A stretch of 63,432 bases of DNA, filler included, from Octopus bimaculoides (GCF_001194135.2; 6 parts of 4 records of this genome joined end to end with filler, not necessarily neighbours in it); one strand, 5' to 3'. Positions 38,269-51,716 are shown, counted from the whole stretch's first letter. Numbers and translations are program-made. The notes: a model not told the origin generated them from the sequence alone.

Positions 38269-39341
38269 CAGGTGCGGGCGTGGCTGAGTAGTAAGAAGTT
38301 TACTTCGCAACCACATGGTTCTGGGTTCAAACCCACAGTATATGGCACCTAGGGCAAATGTCTTCTTCTATTGGCCGAATCGACCAAACAATTNNNNNNN
38401 NNNNNNNNNNNNNNNNNNNNNNNNNNNNNNNNNNNNNNNNNNNNNNNNNNNNNNNNNNNNNNNNNNNNNNNNNNNNNNNNNNNNNNNNNNNNNNNNNNNN
38501 NNNNNNNNNNNNNNNNNNNNNNNNNNNNNNNNNNNNNNNNNNNNNNNNNNNNNNNNNNNNNNNNNNNNNNNNNNNNNNNNNNNNNNNNNNNNNNNNNNNN
38601 NNNNNNNNNNNNNNNNNNNNNNNNNNNNNNNNNNNNNNNNNNNNNNNNNNNNNNNNNNNNNNNNNNNNNNNNNNNNNNNNNNNNNNNNNNNNNNNNNNNN
38701 NNNNNNNNNNNNNNNNNNNNNNNNNNNNNNNNNNNNNNNNNNNNNNNNNNNNNNNNNNNNNNNNNNNNNNNNNNNNNNNNNNNNNNNNNNNNNNNNNNNN
38801 NNNNNNNNNNNNNNNNNNNNNNNNNNNNNNNNNNNNNNNNNNNNNNNNNNNNNNNNNNNNNNNNNNNNNNNNNNNNNNNNNNNNNNNNNNNNNNNNNNNN
38901 NNNNNNNNNNNNNNNNNNNNNNNNNNNNNNNNNNNNNNNNNNNNNNNNNNNNNNNNNNNNNNNNNNNNNNNNNNNNNNNNNNNNNNNNNNNNNNNNNNNN
39001 NNNNNNNNNNNNNNNNNNNNNNNNNNNNNNNNNNNNNNNNNNNNNNNNNNNNNNNNNNNNNNNNNNNNNNNNNNNNNNNNNNNNNNNNNNNNNNNNNNNN
39101 NNNNNNNNNNNNNNNNNNNNNNNNNNNNNNNNNNNNNNNNNNNNNNNNNNNNNNNNNNNNNNNNNNNNNNNNNNNNNNNNNNNNNNNNNNNNNNNNNNNN
39201 NNNNNNNNNNNNNNNNNNNNNNNNNNNNNNNNNNNNNNNNNNNNNNNNNNNNNNNNNNNNNNNNNNNNNNNNNNNNNNNNNNNNNNNNNNNNNNNNNNNN
39301 NNNNNNNNNNNNNNNNNNNNNNNNNNNNNNNNNNNNNNNNN

Positions 39342-39397
<56 letters not shown>

Positions 39398-39595
39398 TAT
39401 GCGTTTATTTATATATAATGTATGAATATGCTTGTGGTTGTTAGTCCCTCACCACCACTTCACAACCGATTTTCTTTACGGCCACTTAAATTAGGTTTTC
39501 GGCAAAAGTGATCCTGCTATCGATTCGTCTGATTAAAACCCTTCAAAGCGTTGCCCCAATATGGCCGCAATCCAGTGACTGAAACACGTAAAAAA
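38268..39595 (+). mobile_element. Type-B SINE head (38268-38393) and degenerate 3' half (about 39430-39595) on either side of a gap
   Basis: Head GGCGTGGCTGAGTAGTAAGAAGTTTACTTCGCAACCACATGGTTCTGGGTTCAAACCC. After the gap comes (TG)n, then ...AATATGGCCGCAATCCAGTGACTGAAACA. That these are one copy is inferred. Confidence 0.65.
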
Positions 39596-39963
39596 ACAAT
39601 CAGGCACATGGGTTGACAGACACAGACAGACATATAGCTTGATAAATAGATAGATTGAATGATTAATTGATTGATTCATTCATTCATTCATCGAAGGCTA
39701 AATACAGACATAGACAAAAATGAATAAAAACTGACGTTGTATATGAAACAGAAAACACATCCGTCAGCGCATCGAGTTAAACTGAAACTTGTGAAATTTT
39801 CTACATCATTCAAAGACTGCAATTAAACAATGTATATGTCTACATGAATGTATGTACACGGTTGTTAGCAGGGATGTTTCGTATCTGTATTTCACGTGTA
39901 GAACACTTTAGCTGTGTGAGAGTAAGTAGTGAAAGAGGGGAAAAAGGGCTGCTGGGAGAGAGG

Positions 39964-40003
<40 letters not shown>

Positions 40004-40013
40004 NNNNNNNNNN

Positions 40014-40061
<48 letters not shown>

Positions 40062-40758
40062 AATACACAAAGAATTAAGAGAAATCTCAGCACAGAGAGA
40101 CGCTTGATATATAGAATGAGATAGACGGAAGCATACACAGAGTACAGCAGACGATTCCGTAGTGTAATAGCGCTCAGCTGTATCAGTTTCTCGTGTCTTC
40201 ATCAGTGCGTTATGATATGCCGGAAGTTACACCGGAAGAAACGCAGACAATGACTTCTAGCATACATATATCACTAATCACTCCATCACTAATCTCCGTT
40301 ACAGTTCTTTGTATTGACAACAACCGGGCTCTTAAAGTATATATTTGTTTATAATGCCTGTGTAATTGTCACACCCTTTATCAAGCTGATTCTGCCTGAA
40401 TATGACAAGGTTGAATTAACTTGAACAACAATAGCAATGATAATAACATGATGAAAGACAGACGATCGAGGATGTCTGTACGAAATCGTTCGATCTGAGT
40501 CAAACAACAGCCAAATTCTCTCAAATCACTCCCAAACGTCACAAAATAGGAAACTAATATTACGACAATGAGTCGTAATCGCAGAATGCAGAAAAAAGTT
40601 GTTTTCTTTTCTTTTTCTTTTTTTTCTTTTTTTTTTTCTAATCCGTGAATCAAAGGTGAACTGAGAGTCAGCAACCTCAAAACAACAACATCGTAACAAT
40701 AATAACAACAGCAATTTCAACTGAACGTCAGGGATACATGAAAAATATAAAGTAATTG

Positions 40759-40807
<49 letters not shown>

Positions 40808-41407
40808 TGCGTGCGTGTATTGATACTGCTAAAGAGAAAACTCGTCCAATTTTTTTGAAAGTATTTTAATCCAGAAGTAAAAATGACGTGGCTGCTCTTG
40901 TTATAATTGCTGTTACTGGGGGTGTTGTTGCAGGTACTACTATTGCTGCTGTTGCTGCGGTTAAACTGCCATAATAAATCCCCCATCGAGTGAATCTACG
41001 TCAATGCATATTCCACACTTCGACATTTCGTACCTGAACATTCCTTATACAAGGTTTTCTTCCTATTTGTAAGACGCCAAGTTGTGTTATGAGCATAGTT
41101 TATCTGCTATATCTTGCAGGTCGAGTGAGCATGTAGAGGCCTCCTTGTCTACTCGTTTTATGGTTGTAAACATCTAAAGTAGGCGGAGTTACATCTAAAG
41201 TCTCTAAATAGATTGCTTCATATTTCGTTCTGAAATATTCCGAAAGTAAATTTCATACATAAGTAATGCTATTTAAATTACGCAATGTCTGGTTCTTTGA
41301 TGTCGATATTATAGTGCAGCTATATGTATGCATGTATGTAGTTTAGAATGATGTACCTCAGATACATATAAGTAGAAAAGCACATACTTCTACACATACA
41401 ACGATGC

Positions 41408-41471
<64 letters not shown>

Positions 41472-42568
41472 AGATGTGTACATGTCGATTTAGTATGCAT
41501 GTATATATCTGTGCAGCTGTGTGTGTGTTTATAACACATATGCACATACATACACACGCATATATTAATGTTAGGGTTTTTAAGTGTTGAATAATATTAA
41601 ACATGAAAGGATTCAATACTGAATTTAGATTGAAATGTATAATAAAAAAGTTCCCTGTGACTTCAAGTTTTGCCTGTCTCGGGGCTTATTTAAACTGTTT
41701 GAACAATGATCGTGATAAGCAAATCTCAAAAGTCACTGTTAACCTCACTTTATTATAGATATATATACAAACATATACAAATAAACACTCAAACATGGCG
41801 TATATAGAAACGAATTGGCCAAGTGCTTATTGTGGTTTTGTGCGCTCTGATTTCGTATTCCAGTGTTGTCAACATTAGTAGCCTTCATTTTATTTAGGTC
41901 ACTAATTACGAATTTTGCGCTGAGATCGATACTTCTTCATCACTCTTCGTCTCCGACCGTGAATCTGTCTCATTGTTTCTGTAAGTAAATGGTTCTATAG
42001 ATGGTCAGGTTTCGCCAGGTCTAAAAATTCCCATAACAAGCTATATGTTACGATGGCGCTTCTTTGATTCCAACCGTTGTTGAATACCTATGGCGTAGCA
42101 TATTACATTTGTACGTGTTGGTATGTGTGCGGGTGGGAGTAAATTGTGATTAAGCTCATGGCTTCGCTACTCGGACTGAAATAATTAATGTATAGATAAT
42201 TGAGTTAGACAATACCTCTATACAGAGCGGTCTTCGGAACAAGACTGGTTTCCTATGTAGGTCAATGCCACCCACGAGATCAGATATGTTGTTCTGAAAG
42301 CTATCATCTAGCTGGACAGCAATGTATAGGGTATACTACACAATTGATGTCTATAGTTACCAAGGGATGAGCATCAAACTATAGTCATAAAATTTGAAGG
42401 CTATGAATTTGAGACAACATGCCTTGGCCTTTAAAACGCCTGTATGCAACGAAAACAAAAATTAGATAACATAACTTTACTTGAATATGTGAAGAGATAC
42501 ATGCAAACACACACCTCATTCTGTATTTCAGTCTGCCCTCTGTTAATCTGTTTGTCTCCTCTTTATCA

Positions 42569-42620
<52 letters not shown>

Positions 42621-42788
42621 TTCTTCCTCACTTTCTATACGCTAACGATTTAGAGATGTCGTTGGTTACTTTAATATGTTGAACTTCTCAGTTCAAGAAA
42701 GAAAACCTACAATTTGGTAATCTTTTGACGTGTATCAATGTCCTTGTACACGTATGTATAAACACACACACACACACGTGTGTGCGTA

Positions 42789-42848
<60 letters not shown>

Positions 42849-43054
42849 ATATACATATATTTGTGTGCGTATAGAAAGAGAGGGAGAGGGAGAGAGAGAT
42901 GGTGACTGATAGACAGACTGACACACTGAAAGACAAAGAGAACAACAGAGGGACAGACAGAAATACATAGTGTGATGTGTATTTGCGTGTATCTCTTTAT
43001 ATATTCAAGGAAAAATAATTTACTCAATATATCCTAAACAGTTAATCTATTAAA

Positions 43055-43205
43055 TAACTGCTTTTAGCATACACACAATGCCAGAAATTCTGGGCGAGTG
43101 TTTCCTCGATTACATCGACACCACTACTTGACAGATACTTTATTTTATCAAGCCGAAAAGGTTGAAAAGCGAAGCTAACCTCGACGGATTTGAATTCAGT
43201 ATGTA
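43055..43205 (-). mobile_element. Degenerate type-C SINE
   Basis: The reverse complement reads CTGAATTCAAATCCGTCGAGGTTAGCTTCGCTTTTCAACCTTTTCGGCTTGATAAAATAAAGTA..GTCGATGTAATCGA. Confidence 0.7.
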
Positions 43206-43964
43206 ATGAATTTGAAGAATTGGTATAATACATTTTGTCCTAAGTTCAAAAGATCCTACTAATCCACTGTCCTAATCAATTATAATGATAACCAGTAGAA
43301 TTGTCTGTGTATCTCACACGCATGCCTATTCAAATAGAGAGACATATGCGCGCGCAAACACACTCACATATATAGAACAAATCAAATAGAAAAAAACAAA
43401 AGCAAAATAATATTATTGGGTTGATTCCCAAAGAATGGAAAAAGTTATTGAGAAATAGTATAACGTTTTGGACATATTCTTTCGTCAGATACTAGAAGAA
43501 AGTGCAAAGGAGAAACGTGAAAGAAGAGAAAGGAGAAAAGAAAAGACAGAAGGGATCCAGTGAAATACACACACACGCACACATACACAAACCTCCTCCC
43601 AGATACATTGGAGATTTCATTCTGTCTACCTACATAGTATTCTATCTGACGAAACGGCTATTACTATTTCTCGCTCCCCAACACTTCGGCTAAGATGAAA
43701 ATGTTGTATATCTATCTAGCTATACAATCTAGACTTTAAAAACGATAAAGTTGCGTATTAATTATTTGGAATTATGTAACTTTTCCTAAAAGAAAAGTTA
43801 TTAAAGCCTCTTTAGTCTAGAAAATTCTTAAAAGTTCCAATTTATATTTTCACTAAAATGTGATTTTCAGGGTTTTTTTTCAAATAAACATTAAATTTTA
43901 ATGCACTGCGTGTTTAACAATGCGAGGTAACATTTTTAACGTCTTATTGCCTTCTTTTTTCTGT

Positions 43965-44044
<80 letters not shown>

Positions 44045-44597
44045 NNNNNNNNNNNNNNNNNNNNNNNNNNNNNNNNNNNNNNNNNNNNNNNNNNNNNNNN
44101 NNNNNNNNNNNNNNNNNNNNNNNNNNNNNNNNNNNNNNNNNNNNNNNNNNNNNNNNNNNNNNNNNNNNNNNNNNNNNNNNNNNNNNNNNNNNNNNNNNNN
44201 NNNNNNNNNNNNNNNNNNNNNNNNNNNNNNNNNNNNNNNNNNNNNNNNNNNNNNNNNNNNNNNNNNNNNNNNNNNNNNNNNNNNNNNNNNNNNNNNNNNN
44301 NNNNNNNNNNNNNNNNNNNNNNNNNNNNNNNNNNNNNNNNNNNNNNNNNNNNNNNNNNNNNNNNNNNNNNNNNNNNNNNNNNNNNNNNNNNNNNNNNNNN
44401 NNNNNNNNNNNNNNNNNNNNNNNNNNNNNNNNNNNNNNNNNNNNNNNNNNNNNNNNNNNNNNNNNNNNNNNNNNNNNNNNNNNNNNNNNNNNNNNNNNNN
44501 NNNNNNNNNNNNNNNNNNNNNNNNNNNNNNNNNNNNNNNNNNNNNNNNNNNNNNNNNNNNNNNNNNNNNNNNNNNNNNNNNNNNNNNNNNNNNNNNN

Positions 44598-44666
<69 letters not shown>

Positions 44667-45235
44667 GAGAGAACGCACACCATTTCCTATCAAATTGACG
44701 AAAATTTGGAGTAGTGATTTGAGAGGGTAAACCGAAATCATTGGGGATAGGATAAAATCAATTTCAAATGTCCCCCGGGCTGAAATTAAATCGATTTTAA
44801 CCTATGTGATATCAATTTACCCTGAGGTTAGATGAATGTCTGTGTATTTGGGCCATCAATTATCAGAGGTCAGAGGTCAATTTGTCGGTATGTTTGTTTG
44901 AAATACTATAGGTCTTAGACTATATTCAGTTGATCCCTGACCTTTCTAACATAGTAAAAAATCACGCAGGGGACGAAAAGGTGTATAAAGTCACGTACAA
45001 CAGGACGGACGAATGGTCCCATCACAAAGTCAAAAAGACTTCTAAGTTTACTATCTTAAGATGGATACTAACATGGTTAGATAATCAGATAAACTTGTAG
45101 ACAACTTGGTAAATAGAAAGACAAATAGTTTAGTTAGTGAAAAAACAGACAGATAGACAGAGAGAGACAAGTAGATAGATGCATAACAAAATAGATACAT
45201 TCTTTCATGTATGTATGTATGTATGAATGTAAAAA

Positions 45236-46128
45236 TGTCGTCTGATCAATAAGTATCCGGACTATTGCCATAGTAACGAAGCTAAAACGTGCAGAGTATA
45301 GCCGCTTGGTACAAACAGACCTGAACCGCTACTGTGCTAGTGCACTAAGTTTTAATGTTTTGGCTTGCTTCTTCTGTTTACAGCAGTGCTTCGAAGTAAC
45401 GTATGTAATGTGTGAATGTCGCATTCACCATGCCAGAGAAAGTTGTCATGGCGATACCTGCTCAGAGGCCTACGTAAATTACAGAAATTGTATGGAGGGG
45501 AGTGTATGAGCCGCACACAAGTGTACGAGTGGTTCAGATTTTTCGAAGATGGCCGAAAACACGTCGATATTGACGAACGTTCCGGGAGACCTGCAACCAG
45601 CAGAACTGAGAAAAAACATCGCAGATGTATGTGCTGGTGTTAGCCCAAATCGTCGAATCACCATCTGTGAGTTATCAGAAGATGTGCAGATTAGTTACGG
45701 TTGAGTCCAGTCCATTATCACTGAAGATTTGAGTATGAGACGCGTGTCTGCTAAGTTTGTGCCAAAACTGCTTTTAGTGATCAAAACGACACTCGAGTTT
45801 CAGTTGCACATGATCTCTTTGATTATGCCGAGAACAATGAAGACTTTCTGAAAACTTAGCATAGGCCTTCGAGCAGGTATCGTCAAGCTTAATGCAAAAT
45901 TGGATGCAGATTCTCTGTTCAACTTTCTTTGCCATGGTCAATGCGACGAATACATGCTGCAAACGTTATTCGAAGCACTGCTGTAAAGAGCGGAGAGAGA
46001 TAGGTCGTTAAAACTTAGTGAGCACGCGCAGCAGAGTTCAGGGTCAATCTATGCCCAGCAGCTTTACTCTTCGTTCTTTAAGCTTCGATACTATAGCAAC
46101 AGTCCAGATACTTATTGATCAGAACACG
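45236..46128. mobile_element. Mariner derivative made of two inverted 5' ends
   Basis: Left arm (+): TIR TCTGATCAATAAGTATCCGGACT, then peptides LQKLYGGECMSRTQVYEWFRFFEDGRKHVDIDERSGRP and RRVSAKFVPKLL. Right arm (-): TIR TA|CGTGTTCTGATCAATAAGTATCTGGACT, the same 5' leader, then MAKKVEQRICIQFCIKLDDTCSKAYAK. Confidence 0.88.
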
Positions 46129-46168
46129 TATATACACTTTCTCCCTCTCTCATTCTCTCTCTTTCTCT

Positions 46169-46217
<49 letters not shown>

Positions 46218-46899
46218 NNNNNNNNNNNNNNNNNNNNNNNNNNNNNNNNNNNNNNNNNNNNTTAATTAATTAANNNNNNNNNNNNNNNNNNNNNNNNNNN
46301 NNNNNNNNNNNNNNNNNCAGAAGGCTTGTGTTACTTGGTTAAAGTATATATTTAAATTATGTCAGAAAAATGTTAGAGAAATGTTAGAAAAATGTTATAA
46401 AATCTTTTTGGTATATAAACATTGTATTTTGAGAAATAACCGGTTGCGTGTTATCTTTTCAAATTTCTCTACTTCATTGTGTCGTGTTCGCTCCAGTCTG
46501 AGAAAGAAGAGTTATATATATATATATAAATTTTAATTTCACATTTCATCTATGGGTCTTTTATATTATTGTAAATAAGTCTAAATGTACTTTACCATAG
46601 CATTTAAGATTAATGCCACTTCATTGTTTTTGTATACTGCCTTAATTAATTATTTACATTATTATACACTATTTCATTTTATTCCAGTATTTAGTTAATA
46701 ATTAGCCTTTATTTATTCACACATTAATTAAGCAAATATTGCTGTCTCAAGTATTTCAAACTTGACATATGTAAAACAATATTGATATATTATTCTTATT
46801 AATGAAAACTATGAATAAATATTTACTGTATCTGTATACTATATAGCAATTTATCTTTATATACGTTTGACCTACGTGCTATATGATAAGACTTCCCCT

Positions 46900-47110
46900 G
46901 TTTCATTATAAAGTGGTCTGCTAGTAGAGGCCCCCCCCCATAGTAGTTTGTCACCAAATCCTAAGAAATTTTATAACTATATCATCCATGTTTACTGTCT
47001 ATAGTGTTTACCTCTAACCCTAACAAGAAGATGCCATTGTTCTCTTAAGCCTGGAATCTCTAGGTCTGATAAGATGATCCCTAAATCAGAACCAAGAAAA
47101 CAAATAAAAT
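46900..47110 (-). mobile_element. Possible decayed CR1-type LINE fragment
   Basis: Minus-strand SDLGIILSDL resembles KDLGIIISSDL; the rest of the segment is heavily decayed. Confidence 0.35.
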
Positions 47111-47411
47111 CAGTGACAGTTAAAATCTGTTTAGAATGTTTATTTAGTAGCCTGCATGGTCTGGCTTAGTCAAAATGTTTTTTTTGTATTCCTCATTTCT
47201 ACTTGGGGAGTTTAGATTTAATCATAGAAATATGTCCTTCGGTTCAAATTTAATTTCATTAAATTTCTGAATTTCTATGCCTTTATGCAGCTGAACATTG
47301 CTCTACATTTTATATTGGATGTAATGATTACATTGTTCAATTAAATAGAGTCGTACTGAAATGATCGTACTGCATTACTTCTGGATATCCTTGTTGCTAA
47401 TTTTGATACAC

Positions 47412-47482
<71 letters not shown>

Positions 47483-48056
47483 AAATACACAATGGGACGA
47501 GAAGGCAAAACATCCAGACAAATAGGTGATATAAAAAGGGACAAAATATCCAGATAAACGATATAAAGAAAACAAAGACGGAAAAAAAACGGAGAATGTT
47601 ACATAAATACAAATAACAGGACATAACAACAGGTGACTTTTGACTAAGGACGAATTAAATTAAGTTGCCGTGTGTGGAAATAAAGCCTTACGGCAGGGAT
47701 ACAAGATTTTACAGTCACAGGGAAGAATATAGATGTTGCACGGAGAACGGCCGAATCAAGAGAGAAACATCAGGCTTGCCGAACACGGGTGACATGTGGA
47801 GAGAAGACAGAGAAGTAGAGGTAGAGGGACAGGAGAATTAAGGAGGGGCGAGAACAAATGACAGTGACACAATGAAGAGAAATGAGGAGGGAAAGTGAAT
47901 AAAAAGAGAAGGCAGGGAGATGTGAGAGAGTGGGAACGAAAGAACGAAGAGTGGAGTGAACGAATAAGCGTGAAAGGGCTCATAGAAAGAGTAGAGTCGT
48001 AGAAGATTTAGATAAACATATCTTTACATATAAGAGACCAAAGTGTACGTACGCAG

Positions 48057-48102
<46 letters not shown>

Positions 48103-48233
48103 ATAATACAAACTGGGACAAAAACGCAAAACANNNNNNNNNNNNNNNNNNNNNNNNNNNNNNNNNNNNNNNNNNNNTTAATTAATTAANNNNNNNNNNN
48201 NNNNNNNNNNNNNNNNNNNNNNNNNNNNNNNNN

Positions 48234-48298
48234 ATAGCCCCGGGCCGACCAAAGCCTTGTGAGTGGATTTGGTAGACGGAAACTGAAAGAATCCCGTC

Positions 48299-48362
<64 letters not shown>

Positions 48363-48575
48363 ATGTATGTATGCGTGTGTGTATATGTTTGCCAACATCG
48401 CTTGACAACCGAGCTGGTGTGTTTACGTCCCCGTAACTTAGCGGCTCGGCAAAAGAAACAGATAGAATAAGTACTAGGCTTACAAAGAATAAGCTCTGGG
48501 GTCGATTTGCTCGACTATAAAGGCGGTGCTCCAGCATGGCCACAGTCAAATGACTGAAACAAGTAAAAGAGTATA
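48234..48575 (+). mobile_element. Young-looking type-B SINE (5' end lost in a gap) with an internal (TA)n(TG)n tract
   Basis: CCGACCAAAGCCTTGTGAGTGGATTTGGTAGACGGAAACTGAAAGAATCCCGTCG-(TA)n(TG)n-..CTTGACAACCG..GGCGGTGCTCCAGCATGGCCACAGTCAAATGACTGAAACAAGTAAAAGA. Confidence 0.9.
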
Positions 48576-50244
48576 TGTATACCTTCACTATTCGCTTTAT
48601 ATTTTATATGTGTTCTTCCTAACAGGAGAGAGATGGTTTCTAACAAAGAAACAAAAGCTCTATCACTAGAATTGAGATATCAACAATAATATCGAAAATA
48701 TCGACCTTACATATATTTACTCTTCTTCCTACAGACTGTATCTGTAAAGCTCGTGTTATCCGGTTATGTATTTATAGATTATTTTACTGATTTAATGCTA
48801 GAAAGCAAAAGACGCATTTTAAAAATCTCATGGGTAAACTTTGGTCATATTTCATAAAACGTTTTCGAGACAGTTGCACAATTGAGGACATTGAAATATG
48901 CAAAATTAAACTATTACATCTTTTCCTGCTGCACAAAGTCTTTTCTAGATTTGTAGTTTCCTTGATCTTTGATTCAAGAATATATACATATATATACACA
49001 TTCATAAAAACACACAAACACGGACATGCAAACACATGAATATGCAGAAGACACACATACAAATGTACATACATGTATACATAAATGCATGCATACATAC
49101 ATACATACATACATGCATACGTGTATATGCACACACACACACACACTAACCCACGCACATGCGCACAAACAAGCAAAAAGGAACGCAGTGTGAATAACGG
49201 ACAGAGTTAAAACTATTGAAAAGGTTGCAAGAGGCAACGAAAATTTTAGAAAAATAAAGGAAATAAGTGGAAATTTTACTGGTGAGTGTGTTAAATTATA
49301 AGGCACTAAAAGAGAATGACTTTCTCCAGACACAACAGTATATATATATATATAATACTACAAAGAATATGTATGCATGTATACCTACATATATGTACAT
49401 ACTTACATCTACATGTGTATAATGATGCATATCAGGGTACAGGACGTTAGAACAATGAACTACAAACCACGGAACGAACACATAGGAAAACAGATAGCCA
49501 CTTGGAATTAATCCTTCGTCAGCTGCCTCTATTCTAACTAGACGTTTCGAAGATAAGGCAGAACGCACTCTAGAATAGTCTCTTCCTGAGTAGTGGATCG
49601 ACCCACTAAACAGAGGATTCCAAAGTGGCAAACACAAACCAAGACAGGAAAAAATGAACAGTGAAAACAACATTAAAAAGCCATACAAACATATATGAGC
49701 TGAATCCTCATTAAGCACACCAATGAATACTGGCTAACAGGTAGTAGCCAGTATTCGCTGGCTACTGTATGTTAGATAGAAGTGGGCAATTTTCCGTAAA
49801 GAAAGCCATTCGTACAGAATGAAATTTTAAGTATGATAAATTAGTTGAGGAGGATAATATATTAAGTCCAAGAATGGAATATGTGGTATTACTGTTATTC
49901 TTTATTTACGTGCTTTTTTATAACACATATTACATATATTTTTTCCTAGGTATAAAAATGAAAAAAAAAATATGATTTTGTAATATTATGTGTTGTGTGT
50001 GTTCAATATAGATCACATCAGACAATGTTAAAAAGTAATATTACTATTCAACATAGACTGACGAGTTGTATATACATGGAACACCTGTAATATGTTGTAA
50101 TATTACAAAAATCATATATATTTTTTGTTCACATTTATATTCCTAAAAAATATATGTACATGTAACTAAGGAACAAGTGTAATATCAAAAATTCCATTTA
50201 TGGAGTTAATATATATGTGTGTATATATTTTAATATTCTTTTAT

Positions 50245-50445
50245 TTTTACTTATTTCAGTTATTTGACTGCGGCCATGCTGGAGCACCGCCTTTAGTTGA
50301 ACAAATCGACCCCCAGGACTTATTCTTTGTAAGTCTAGTACTTATTCTATCGGTCTCTTTTGCCGAACCGCTATGTTACGGGGACATAAAAACGCCAACA
50401 TCTGTTGTCAAGTAATGGTGGTGGGGGACAAACACAGAGATACTC
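50245..50445 (-). mobile_element. Type-B SINE, 3' half
   Basis: TTTGACTGCGGCCATGCTGGAGCACCGCCTTTAGT..AATCGACCCCCAGGACTTATTCTTTGTAAG is nearly identical to 58440-58560. Confidence 0.9.
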
Positions 50446-50588
50446 ACACAAATATATACATATATATATATATATATANNNNNNNNNNNNNNNNNNNNNN
50501 NNNNNNNNNNNNNNNNNNNNNNTTAATTAATTAANNNNNNNNNNNNNNNNNNNNNNNNNNNNNNNNNNNNNNNNNNNNCATATATCTG

Positions 50589-50632
<44 letters not shown>

Positions 50633-51034
50633 GCTGTCTTTCTATCTATCTCTATTTATCTATATCTGTCTTTCTATCTCTCTATATATCTATACATATC
50701 TGTCTATATATATATCTCTCTCCCTCTCTCTCCCTCTCTCTATCTATCTATCTGTCTAACCAAATCTCAATATGTGTTGTGTGTGTTTACATATATTTAT
50801 GTGATTGTGTGCTCTCTCACAGTATATAGAAAGAATGTAACCAACCAGTTCATCAATAATCCACCACAGTCTGAGGATCACTCTGCAAGAATCTCTGTGA
50901 TATGAATAATATATATATATTTTACATTAAATCTAGTACACAACATCAGTGTGTGTGTGTGTGTGTGTATGTATTCATACATAGTGCATATTTTCTATAA
51001 TGGATGTGTTTGCGTGTGTGCCTGTGTATGTCTG

Positions 51035-51073
<39 letters not shown>

Positions 51074-51716
51074 NNNNNNNNNNNNNNNNNNNNNNNNNNN
51101 NNNNNNNNNNNNNNNNNNNNNNNNNNNNNNNNNNNNNNNNNNNNNNNNNNNNTATATATGTATACATATATGAACTATATATCATAGCGATGGATCTCCG
51201 TTGACCGACGATGAGGATTCAGTTGTTTTACTCAACTGAATTACCTGCTCCTGACTGAATATGTAAGCGTTTGAGGATCCTCGCAGACAACTGAACTTGA
51301 ATGACATTCGCTGCAGAATCTTATCTCGGGGAATAAATTTCCTCCGAAAGACTTCATTTTTGCACACAACGTCTAAAGAGAGAAAGATGATCCCCGAACC
51401 CAAATCCCGCGGCGAGTGCTTTATTTTGGCGTGCATGTTACGCCAAATGTGCTCGTCATTTTAAGTCTCCAATTCTGCACGAATTGCATCATTTAACATA
51501 TTTAGCTCGCAGTCAATTGACCTATGATTAACATAAGCAATATACATTTTTGTTGTGACAATGTATTATATTATGTCTTAGATTTCCTTCCATAGTTCAC
51601 CATTCAGTTGTCATGCGGATAAATGGTCTTTCTGCATTGCATTGTTTTCCATTAAATTACGTTCTCGACTTCATTCCATAAGTACATACAAAAACCATTC
51701 AAAATATATTTATATA

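Noticed and set aside
42227-42260. AVFGTRLVS, resembling WD40 F.G.RLVSGS in the required phase
   Set aside because: It lacks the SGSxD and WD motifs and the V.CL spacing; likely chance.
7914-50534. Five identical TTAATTAATTAA palindromes
   Set aside because: They are always centred in N-gaps and are an artificial all-frame-stop scaffold linker.
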